DNA of 64,000 nt from an uncultured Gammaproteobacteria bacterium (GTDB taxonomy: Bacteria; Patescibacteriota; Microgenomatia; UBA8517): assembly GCA_965231135.1 (NCBI GenBank), contig OZ246419.1:733865-797864 (forward strand). Reading direction: 5' to 3'. The notes under the pieces were generated by a model. That model did no database searches and was not told the origin of the DNA. It saw nothing but the letters and a program-made list of their open reading frames with translations. The position numbers were made by a program, and so were the translations under genes. The first letter of the stretch is position 1, and every line of letters starts with the position of its first letter. Below are positions 35,689 through 44,494 of the stretch, piece by piece.

Positions 35689-37386
35689 TCAGCTTAATAG
35701 ATTTTTGCCTGTCATGACAGGTGGAATTTCTAAACCTAATAATTTTAAAATTGTTGGAGATATATCAGCAAGGATTCCTTTTGGAATTTGTTTATTAGAT
35801 CTAAATAAATTTTTACTTACAGCGATGAAAGGCACTGGATTTGTGGTGTGATCTGTGCTCATTTTCCCTTTGTCTGACGTAAAAAAGAAACTGCTTGAGT
35901 CATATCTAAGTTTTTGTTCAGCATTTCCATGATCTGCTGTAATCAATAACGTACCATTACAAACCATAACACTTTCGGCGATTTCTTTAAGGCATGCATC
36001 GACTGCTTTAATGGCTTTAATAGTTGCTTGTATATTTCCAGTATGCCCAACCATATCAGCATTTGCTATGTTCATAACAATAAATTTATACATGTCTTTG
36101 TTTAAAACTTTTTTAAATTCTTCGGTTAAAGAATAAACTGACATTTCCGGCTTTTTGTCATATGTTGGTACATGGGGAGAAGGAACAATTGCGACGTCTT
36201 CTCCTTCCTGCTTCTCTTCCCGAAGGCCGTCAAAGTAATAAGTTACAAAACGCTCTTTTTCGCTTTCTGCCATATGCATTTGTTCAATATTATTTTTTGA
36301 AAGAATAACAGACAAACAATCAGAAACTATTTCAGGCGGAAAGCCGATGTCATTTACTGGGATATTTTTTTGATATTGTGTCATTGTTACAAAATAAAGG
36401 TTTGATAATACCCCTCCTCTTGCAAATGGCTCTTTATCTAAAACAACTTCTTTATCTCCTTCGTGTTTATGTTCGTAATCAACAGCGTAAGGGTCAAATT
36501 CCCATGTTAAATTTGATTTTGTAAAATCTTTTATAACAAAAGACATCGTAAGCTGTCTTGGTCTATCAATTCTAAAATTAAAGAAGACCGCAGCGTCGTT
36601 ATTTTCAACCAAACCGTTTTTGTTAATAATTGTTGGTACGATAAATTCATCAGTAATACCTGCAGCGTAGCTAGCCTTTAAGGCTTCGCTTGCTGAAGTT
36701 GCTGTTGGACCGATTGCTTTTACCATTGCCTCATAAGTTTTTTTAGTACGATCCCACCTTTTATCGCGGTCCATTGCATAATATCTTCCAGATATTGTTG
36801 CGATTTGGGCAGATTTTGTCTTATTAAGATAATCTTCGAGTTTTGTAACGACATTAATTCCCTCCTGTGGAGGTGCATCACGACCATCTGTGAATAAGTG
36901 AATATAAATAGGTCTTGTGTTATTTGTTTTTTGGAAAAATTCTAGTAGTGCATATAAATGATCTATAGATGAATGAACTTTTCCTGTACTTACAAGCCCC
37001 ATGATATGAATTTTGGAATTATTTTTTTGTGCGTGGAATCCGGCATGATAAAAAGCTCTGTTCTCAAAAAAAGAACCATCCTGAATTGCTTTATTTATTT
37101 TTGGAAGATCTTGTAAGATTACACGCCCAGCTCCGATATTTAAATGACCTACTTCAGTATTTCCCACTTCATTTGCCGGTAAACCAACAGATTCTCCTGA
37201 TGCTAAAAGTTCTGAATGCGGGTAGTTTGCAAGTAGATTGTTATAGTTATCTGGATTTGCAAGAGTAATTGCATTTCCATCTGATGCCGGAGCTATTCCC
37301 CATCCGTCAAGTATGACTAGAACAACCGGATTTGTTTTTCCGGCATTTACTTTTACTTTTGGTTTTGAAAAAAGACTAAAAAACAT
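35689..37386 (-). CDS. gpmI: 2,3-bisphosphoglycerate-independent phosphoglycerate mutase
   Basis: N-terminus VVLVILDGWGIAP; ...NADMVGHTGN...; 565 aa, typical iPGM size. Confidence 0.88.
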   Translation of the reverse strand: MFFSLFSKPKVKVNAGKTNPVVLVILDGWGIAPASDGNAITLANPDNYNNLLANYPHSELLASGESVGLPANEVGNTEVGHLNIGAGRVILQDLPKINKAIQDGSFFENRAFYHAGFHAQKNNSKIHIMGLVSTGKVHSSIDHLYALLEFFQKTNNTRPIYIHLFTDGRDAPPQEGINVVTKLEDYLNKTKSAQIATISGRYYAMDRDKRWDRTKKTYEAMVKAIGPTATSASEALKASYAAGITDEFIVPTIINKNGLVENNDAAVFFNFRIDRPRQLTMSFVIKDFTKSNLTWEFDPYAVDYEHKHEGDKEVVLDKEPFARGGVLSNLYFVTMTQYQKNIPVNDIGFPPEIVSDCLSVILSKNNIEQMHMAESEKERFVTYYFDGLREEKQEGEDVAIVPSPHVPTYDKKPEMSVYSLTEEFKKVLNKDMYKFIVMNIANADMVGHTGNIQATIKAIKAVDACLKEIAESVMVCNGTLLITADHGNAEQKLRYDSSSFFFTSDKGKMSTDHTTNPVPFIAVSKNLFRSNKQIPKGILADISPTILKLLGLEIPPVMTGKNLLS

Positions 37387-37389
37387 TTA

Positions 37390-38160
37390 TTAAATAATTA
37401 AAACTAGATAAGCTGCAACTAGGCCTACAAGAACAATCGCAATCATGACTGCGACGTTTATAATAACGCTTGCCTGAATACGGATTCCTGCCAAAGGATT
37501 TCTTCCGATTGCTTCAACTCCCGTTTTTGCAATACGGCCAAAGTAGACAAATCCTATGACAAATGATGAAATAACAAGAATTGAGGCGAGAATGTAACGA
37601 AGGGCAGAAATAGGACTTATACCCAAACCTGCAAGGCCGTTTTGTAAAAGAGAAACTAAATTTGTTCTTGCATTTAAATTTAAATCTGTTCGCGGATGGA
37701 TATTTAAACTTGCTTGAATGGTTCCAATCGCATTTTTGTCAGTAGAATTGTAATCCTGAAGAGCTGTTCCAATCACAAAACCAGGATTAATTGATAACTC
37801 TGCCACTCCCGGAATTTTAGAGCTTGTTAAGAAATCTCCCTTTTTAATTTCTCCATTTATAGAAGAAACTCGAAGAGGAACTTCACCTCTTGAAACTACT
37901 GTTTGAGAATTAGTTAAGTCTACTATTTGTACATCTGCTGAAGGATTGGAGTCTACAACCCCATACATAGAAGAGTCGTATTCATTTTGACAGAGAATAT
38001 AGCCTGATGATCCCGAACAAATTATGTCTCCGTCTTGGATATTATTACCACTAACAGAAATTGAAGAACCCACATCTGTAAAAGATTGTGTCTGAGCAAA
38101 AACATTATTTGTACTTAAAATTCCTAATATAAATATTACTAATAAAATTTTTTTGGGCAT
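37390..38160 (-). CDS. Secreted/membrane protein: signal peptide, about 170-aa Cys-containing extracellular domain, C-terminal two-helix hairpin resembling an F0 c-subunit fold
   Basis: Signal peptide MPKKILLVIFILGILSTNNVFA. Hairpin ...FGRIAKTGVEAIGRNPLAGIRIQASVIINVAVMIAIVLVGLV resembles c-subunit helix1-ARQPE loop-helix2 but has no helix-2 carboxylate. The extracellular domain is homologous to the C-terminal domain of the neighbouring giant protein. Confidence 0.55.
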   Translation of the reverse strand: MPKKILLVIFILGILSTNNVFAQTQSFTDVGSSISVSGNNIQDGDIICSGSSGYILCQNEYDSSMYGVVDSNPSADVQIVDLTNSQTVVSRGEVPLRVSSINGEIKKGDFLTSSKIPGVAELSINPGFVIGTALQDYNSTDKNAIGTIQASLNIHPRTDLNLNARTNLVSLLQNGLAGLGISPISALRYILASILVISSFVIGFVYFGRIAKTGVEAIGRNPLAGIRIQASVIINVAVMIAIVLVGLVAAYLVLII

Positions 38161-38323
38161 GGCGTATTAAGTAATACTACTTATTACCAAAACACTGGTC
38201 AATACCCTATCGAAAAAAATAAGTTGCTTATTGACAAGCTACTTTAATAAATGTCTTAATGTATATACAAAATCTTGGACAATGTCTAAATTTTTGAAGC
38301 TAATATAAAAATATTTAAATACT

Positions 38324-41300
38324 ATGAGTAAACTGCCCCGAAATAAATATATCTCCATTAATGAAGCTGCAATAAAACTTGGAGTATCTACTAAAACCTT
38401 AAGAAGATGGGAAGTTGCTGGAAAACTTATTGCAGTAAGAACTAATGGCGGCCACAGAAGATATGAAATTTCAAAACTTACAGAGTTAAAGATAAATGGT
38501 TTTAAGACGCCAAGAAAAGAATATATAAAGAAAATTGTTGTTAATCAAACTGTTAGTGATACCCCGAAAATAATTAAGATAGATAATATAGTAGAACCTC
38601 TTAAAATAAACCCTAATATCATCACTGAAGCATTACCTACTCCAATAGATATATATAATGCCCCAACGCTTGCACCTCAGCAAAAAAATATTCTAAAAAT
38701 AGTTGGTTTTTCTTTTTTTGGTTTTATTTTGATTGCAGGAGTATTTAAAATTTCTCCCGCAGTAATCTCCGCAACGAACTTATTCAAAGCTAATGCGGAT
38801 AATATTGCGGTAAATTACTTTCCAGGTATGCCTGGTGCTGTTAAAAGTTTTTTAAGCTCCAGGAATAATAATTTTGCGGATAATAAAGATGTGGCCTCAA
38901 AATTTGGACAAAATGTCCAAGTTTTGGCAGCAGAGACAAAAGCTAATGTCCCGGTTTTTAATGTAAACATTGAGTCTTCTTTTAAACAAGTTGCGGATTT
39001 TGTAAAGGGTTTAACATCAACCGATGTTTCAACTGGAACGCTGGAAGCATCAGACAATGCAACTTTTGCAAAAAATGTTGATATATCAGGCGATTTGACT
39101 TCATCAAGTGCAACATTTAATTTATTACCAAAAAACGTAACATCTCTTAATATCGGACTTACCTCAACTACAACAAGTATTTCAGCAACAACCGGTACTA
39201 CTACTATTAATAATGATTTAAATGTTAAAGGTGCCACCGCTCTTTCTGGTGCTCTTAATGTCGGTGGTAAGATTACAGGAAGCGGAGATTTAGCAATTTC
39301 GGGAGCAAGCGTATTGTCTGGAGCTTTAAATGTTTCTGGAGTGACGACACTTGCATCAGACCTCTCAGCGGCAGGAAACGCAACATTTGGCAATATTACT
39401 AAAGTTAATGGAGTGACTTATTCATTTCCTACAACTCAAGGAGCAGGCGGATCTACGTTAACTAATGACGGTTCGGGAAATCTCAGTTGGGTTAGCGGAA
39501 GTGGCAGTGGAACAATCGGTTTTTGGACAAGAACTGGAACAATATTAACACCAGCTACTGAAGGAGACACAATAGCAACTACCGGACAAATTGGAGCAGG
39601 AACAACAACACCAAGCTACCAGCTTGATATACAAAACCCAATTTCAGCCAACAACGGTATTCTTGCCAACTTTGCTTTATCAAATTCAAATACCGGAGCT
39701 GGAATCATTACAAACGGTATAAACGTATCTGCAACCGGGTCTATTCCAGCGAGCGGAACTAATACGAATAACCTTATTAATCTTTCAGCAATAACTGCTG
39801 GAAGTAATACTTTTAATGGAATAAATTTTGGTTCAGGTTTATCAAACTATATAAATAGTACAAATTTCATTGTCACTGCCGCTGGAGCAGAGACCCTTAA
39901 TTCTTCTTTGGTTGCAGTTGGAGTAAATGCCCAAAGCGGACTTCTTCAAGGCACAGGTGGACTAACTTTAACTGGGACAACAAATATAAATAGTACAGGA
40001 GTTGCAAATACTACTGTTGGTAATACAAGTGGAACGCTTGCTTTATCTTCTAACGCTTTTAACCTTGATACTTCAGGAAATATAACAGGAGTTCCAAGCT
40101 TAGATACAATCAACGTTTCATCTACTGCCTTAACATTTGCAGGAGCTGGAACAATTGATTCAGGAACAGCAAACGCTCTCAATCTTGGGACGGGAAATAA
40201 CGCAAAAACCATAAACATTGGAACAGGAAATGCTGGCAATATTATTAATATAGGAACAAATGATACAACCGCTGATGCAATTAATATTGCAAGCGCAAAA
40301 GACACCACTACACTTGCAGGCAACATTAGTCTTACTAATTTATCACTTGGCACTGGAAGTGCTTTGTGTTTAGATGGATCAAACAATTTAGTAACATGTA
40401 CTACTGGAACAGGCGGTATTTCTGGAAGCGGTGCAAGCGGACAAATTGCATATTATAACGGGGCAAGTAGCATTACAGGGAATAATAGTTTTTTCTGGAA
40501 TACGGCAACCACACAGCTCGGAATCGGAACAAATTCAACAACAGCTGGAGTTACTATTGCTGAAAATAGCGGTGACTTAATTGATGCTGGAACAACATCA
40601 AGCACTAAATTTACTCTTGATAATTCTGGAAACATTTTAGTTTCTCCTTCAACAAGATATGATACATTAACTTCCGGAACTCTTGGCGTCGGAACAACAA
40701 ACGCCACAACAGTAAACGTAGGAAACCTGAGCTCAACTACAAATTTAATTGGGGCAACAAATATTAATACAACAGGAAGCGGAAATACAACGATCGGCAA
40801 CGGAAGCGGAACTGTGGCTTTAAATCTGGGATCTGATGCAACTGGAGATATTTATTACAGAAATTCCGGTGGAACCTTAAGTAGACTAGGGATTGGATCG
40901 TCAGGACAAACATTAACAGTTTCAGCTGGAATCCCAAGCTGGGTTGGAGGCTCTGGAGGGACTGGAAGCTCGGGTTTTTGGAGTAGGACATCAGGGGGTG
41001 TTTTATCACCTGCAACAGCAACAGATACATTCAATCTAGCTCCTAATACAACAAACGGAACTGGAGTGAACGCTGGATTTAATTTGCAAGCAAACTCATT
41101 AACAAGTGGAAACGCTGTTGACATATCAAGCAGCTCAATAACAAGCGGTAATTTATTATCACTTTCTTCTACTTCAACGGCTTTTACATCTGGAGCAATT
41201 GCAAACCTCAGCTGGTCACCAAGTGCTTCAACAACTGCAACTGGAGATTTATTAAAACTTAATGTTGGTTCTAATGGAATTTTAGGTAATATTCTTGATG

Positions 41301-44300
41301 TACAAAATAATGGTTCAACTATATTTGGAGTGAGCCAAACTCAAATAATAGCTGCTCTTCCAACACAGTTCACTGCAGCTGGAGATGTTGGATTTGCATA
41401 CGATGTTAATTTTACAAATCCGGTTGCAAGTAATATCAAGTCCAGTTCTAATCTTAATATTGCTGCTGGCGAAACATTTAATTCATCAGATCTGACTTTG
41501 ACAACATATAATGCCGGAAATATTTTACTAAATACAGGTACAAGCTCGACAGGAAACGGGAAAGTTGGAATTGGGCCGTCAGTTACCCCCACTTCCTTAC
41601 TTACAGTAAACAATGCAAATGAATTATCAAACATAGGACAATCATTAGCTTTATTTAATCAGACTGAAAATCAAGATATTATGACCGCCAGCAATTCAGG
41701 GACAACAAGATGGACACTTGGATATCAAGGAAATATAACGGGAACTGCGGTAAATACCAGCGGCAACAGCTATAGTTACACGAATACAGCACTTAATACA
41801 ACAAGCGCAAATCTTCAGGCACTGGCATTTACAAATGCTGCATCAAGCGGAAGCATAACAGTAAGCGGAGAAAATATAACTGCAACAGGAACTGCAACTT
41901 CTGGAACAAACACTAACAATCTAGTAAATTTAAGTGTTGCAGCTGCGGCAAGTAATAACACATTTAATGGTATTAATTTTGGAAGCAATTTAACTAACTA
42001 TATAAATGGAACAAATTGGGTGGTAACAGCAGCAGGAAATGAAACGATAGCAGGAATAAATGTCACAGGACTTACAGCAAACTCAGCTGTATATACTGAT
42101 GGAAGCAAGAATTTAACAACATCAGCCCCAAGCTCTGGAGCTCTTGGATATTGGACTAGAACAGGAACTACACTCTCACCTACTACAAGCGGTGATGCTG
42201 TGACAACTTCTGGAAATATTTCTACAACTGGGTCAGGAACTATAACTAGCGCGTCAGATCTGGCGGTTAACGGATCAAATTTCACAAGTAGTTCAAGCTC
42301 GTTTAACCTACTGAATTCAACCCCAACAACTATTAATTTTGGGGGAAATGCTACAACTGCACTTAATATCGGCAATGGAAATAGTGCCTACACTGCAATA
42401 AACTTTGGAAGTGGAACCGGAGGCAATACAATTGGTATTGGAAATGGAGCTAACACAGGAGCGCAAACGATTAATATCGCTGCTGGAGCAGCAGGGGCAA
42501 ATTCAACAGTAAATATTTTATCAGGAATTGCAACTTCCGGGACACAGACACTTAATCTTGGAACAGGAGCTTCTGCAAAAACAGTAAACATCGGTAATTC
42601 AACAGGCGCGACAGCACTGAATTTCACAAGCGGTACAGGAGCTCAAACATTTGCATCAAGTGTTGTAACTGGCACGACAACCTCTGGAGCATTTGCATTC
42701 AATGCAAACTCTTTGACAACTGGCGATGGACTTTATCTTAATTCGTCTAGCATAACAACAGGCAATCTGCTAAATATCACATCTACCTCCACTGCTTTCA
42801 CTTCAGGTAATTTGGCAAGCATTTATTGGAACCCAGGATCTTCTACTACTGCAACTGGAGATTTATTAAAACTTAATGTTGGTTCTAATGGAATTTTAGG
42901 TAATATTCTTGATGTACAAAATAATGGTTCAACTATATTTGGAGTAAGCCAAACTCAAATTTCAAATAATTTACCAGTTTCATTTAATGCTCCTGGAGAT
43001 ATTGTTGATGCATATGACTTTTCATTTACGAATCCAGTTTCAAGCAACATAAAATCTTCTGCTCCGCTTACTATTGCAGCTGGCGAAATATTTAATTCTT
43101 CTAATTTGACTTTAACTACATATAATCTTGGAAATATATTATTAAATAGTGGAACAAGTACGGGTGGAAACGGACTTGTTGGAATTGGCCCTTCAGTATC
43201 TCCTACTTCACTTTTAACAGTTGATAATACCAATGAATTGTCGACAATCGGCCAATCTCTTGTACTTCTTAATCAAACAGAAAGCCAAGATATTTTAACA
43301 GCAAGCAATTCAGGAACAACAAGATTTAAGATAAATTCTGCTGGAAACACATTTACAACTCTAAGAAGTACAGGAACTGCAGCACTTTGTCATACTACAA
43401 ACGGAGCAGGATTTGATGAAATAACAGATTGTTCTGGAACTCCAGCTGCAGATTATGCTGAGTTTTATCCAACAGACGGAAGCGTTGATTATGGCGATAT
43501 CGTTGCTCCAAGCAGCCAAACCGTAACAACTAAAGTAAGCGACGGTCAAGGAGGAATAATTACCGGACAAACACAGCAAACTTCAGTTTTAACAAAGTCT
43601 AGTTTAGCTTATCAAGGAAATGTGATCGGAATAGTATCGAATAACTATAATGACTTTACATCAACCGGATACAATATAGTTGATCCTTCAAATAATCCAA
43701 AGCCAGTTGCTCTTAATGGACGTGTTCCCGTAAAAATTGCAACAGATTCTCCTGAGATTGCTCCAGGAGATTATCTTACAACTAGCGATCAACCTGGACG
43801 CGCAACTAAAGCTACACAAGCCGGAAGAGTTATTGGTATGGCACTTGAAAACTGGAGCTCTTCAAGCGGCAAAGATACAGTATTGGTTTTTGTAAATAAT
43901 ACCTGGTACGATCCTAACGCTGATGCAATCGCTGCAACAGGAAGCGCACAACTAAACAACATTGCATTAATGCTTCAAGATAGCTTTACAGCAAGCGATA
44001 GCGGAATTATTGCAAACTTACACGAGCTTGATACTGCAAAATTGAATGTACTTGGAGATACGACTTTGGGAGATACAGTTGTAAACGGCAAGCTTAATGT
44101 TGGCGGATTGACATTTGATGATACTAATCAATCAATAAATGCAATAGGCGTTTTGAAAATTCAAGACTTAGCTTTGGGAAATGTTGAATTTATGAACGGA
44201 CTGATAACTTTTGATACAAACGGAAATGCAAAGTTCCAATCTGTTACTGCTAATAAATATAATGTTGCTGGAACATCGGCTGGAACAGGCACAATTACAG

Positions 44301-44494
44301 CTGGAGCAACAAATGTTATTATTAATACTAATGCTGTTAACAACAGCTCTTTAATCTTTGTAACCGCAAGCACAGCAACAAGCAAGGTTTTAGCGGTAAC
44401 AACAAAGGTTCAAGGAACAAGTTTTACAGTTTCGATTCCGACAGCAGACATCAATAATATTAATTTCAATTGGTGGATTGTTGACAAACAATAA
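38324..44494 (+). CDS. Giant (2056 aa) membrane-anchored repetitive Ser/Thr/Gly/Asn-rich protein with an N-terminal cytoplasmic HTH (excisionase/MerR-type) domain, one TM helix, and a long beta-helix-like repeat region
   Basis: HTH YISINEAAIKLGVSTKTLRRWEVAGKLIAVRTNGGHRRYEI (nt ~38345-38500); TM ILKIVGFSFFGFILIAGVF (nt ~38690-38747); internal duplicated modules; a non-repetitive Cys-containing C-terminal domain (~43.3-44.5 kb). Confidence 0.75.
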   Translation: MSKLPRNKYISINEAAIKLGVSTKTLRRWEVAGKLIAVRTNGGHRRYEISKLTELKINGFKTPRKEYIKKIVVNQTVSDTPKIIKIDNIVEPLKINPNIITEALPTPIDIYNAPTLAPQQKNILKIVGFSFFGFILIAGVFKISPAVISATNLFKANADNIAVNYFPGMPGAVKSFLSSRNNNFADNKDVASKFGQNVQVLAAETKANVPVFNVNIESSFKQVADFVKGLTSTDVSTGTLEASDNATFAKNVDISGDLTSSSATFNLLPKNVTSLNIGLTSTTTSISATTGTTTINNDLNVKGATALSGALNVGGKITGSGDLAISGASVLSGALNVSGVTTLASDLSAAGNATFGNITKVNGVTYSFPTTQGAGGSTLTNDGSGNLSWVSGSGSGTIGFWTRTGTILTPATEGDTIATTGQIGAGTTTPSYQLDIQNPISANNGILANFALSNSNTGAGIITNGINVSATGSIPASGTNTNNLINLSAITAGSNTFNGINFGSGLSNYINSTNFIVTAAGAETLNSSLVAVGVNAQSGLLQGTGGLTLTGTTNINSTGVANTTVGNTSGTLALSSNAFNLDTSGNITGVPSLDTINVSSTALTFAGAGTIDSGTANALNLGTGNNAKTINIGTGNAGNIINIGTNDTTADAINIASAKDTTTLAGNISLTNLSLGTGSALCLDGSNNLVTCTTGTGGISGSGASGQIAYYNGASSITGNNSFFWNTATTQLGIGTNSTTAGVTIAENSGDLIDAGTTSSTKFTLDNSGNILVSPSTRYDTLTSGTLGVGTTNATTVNVGNLSSTTNLIGATNINTTGSGNTTIGNGSGTVALNLGSDATGDIYYRNSGGTLSRLGIGSSGQTLTVSAGIPSWVGGSGGTGSSGFWSRTSGGVLSPATATDTFNLAPNTTNGTGVNAGFNLQANSLTSGNAVDISSSSITSGNLLSLSSTSTAFTSGAIANLSWSPSASTTATGDLLKLNVGSNGILGNILDVQNNGSTIFGVSQTQIIAALPTQFTAAGDVGFAYDVNFTNPVASNIKSSSNLNIAAGETFNSSDLTLTTYNAGNILLNTGTSSTGNGKVGIGPSVTPTSLLTVNNANELSNIGQSLALFNQTENQDIMTASNSGTTRWTLGYQGNITGTAVNTSGNSYSYTNTALNTTSANLQALAFTNAASSGSITVSGENITATGTATSGTNTNNLVNLSVAAAASNNTFNGINFGSNLTNYINGTNWVVTAAGNETIAGINVTGLTANSAVYTDGSKNLTTSAPSSGALGYWTRTGTTLSPTTSGDAVTTSGNISTTGSGTITSASDLAVNGSNFTSSSSSFNLLNSTPTTINFGGNATTALNIGNGNSAYTAINFGSGTGGNTIGIGNGANTGAQTINIAAGAAGANSTVNILSGIATSGTQTLNLGTGASAKTVNIGNSTGATALNFTSGTGAQTFASSVVTGTTTSGAFAFNANSLTTGDGLYLNSSSITTGNLLNITSTSTAFTSGNLASIYWNPGSSTTATGDLLKLNVGSNGILGNILDVQNNGSTIFGVSQTQISNNLPVSFNAPGDIVDAYDFSFTNPVSSNIKSSAPLTIAAGEIFNSSNLTLTTYNLGNILLNSGTSTGGNGLVGIGPSVSPTSLLTVDNTNELSTIGQSLVLLNQTESQDILTASNSGTTRFKINSAGNTFTTLRSTGTAALCHTTNGAGFDEITDCSGTPAADYAEFYPTDGSVDYGDIVAPSSQTVTTKVSDGQGGIITGQTQQTSVLTKSSLAYQGNVIGIVSNNYNDFTSTGYNIVDPSNNPKPVALNGRVPVKIATDSPEIAPGDYLTTSDQPGRATKATQAGRVIGMALENWSSSSGKDTVLVFVNNTWYDPNADAIAATGSAQLNNIALMLQDSFTASDSGIIANLHELDTAKLNVLGDTTLGDTVVNGKLNVGGLTFDDTNQSINAIGVLKIQDLALGNVEFMNGLITFDTNGNAKFQSVTANKYNVAGTSAGTGTITAGATNVIINTNAVNNSSLIFVTASTATSKVLAVTTKVQGTSFTVSIPTADINNINFNWWIVDKQ
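41235..41346 (+). repeat. 112-nt direct repeat (copy 1) inside the giant gene, part of a roughly 1.6-kb diverged internal duplication
   Basis: Identical to 42849-42960 except one mismatch (gtgagcc vs gtaagcc); encodes GDLLKLNVGSNGILGNILDVQNNGSTIFGVSQTQI. Confidence 0.85.
42849..42960 (+). repeat. 112-nt direct repeat (copy 2)
   Basis: See copy 1; the flanking protein sequence is about 70% identical over roughly 500 aa. Confidence 0.85.

Noticed and set aside
38815-44385. Many 60-190-aa minus-strand ORFs (e.g. 38815..39393, 39946..40386, 41998..42375)
   Set aside because: Antisense shadows inside the giant repetitive gene; Pro/Val/Phe-rich translations are the complement of Gly/Thr/Asn codons.
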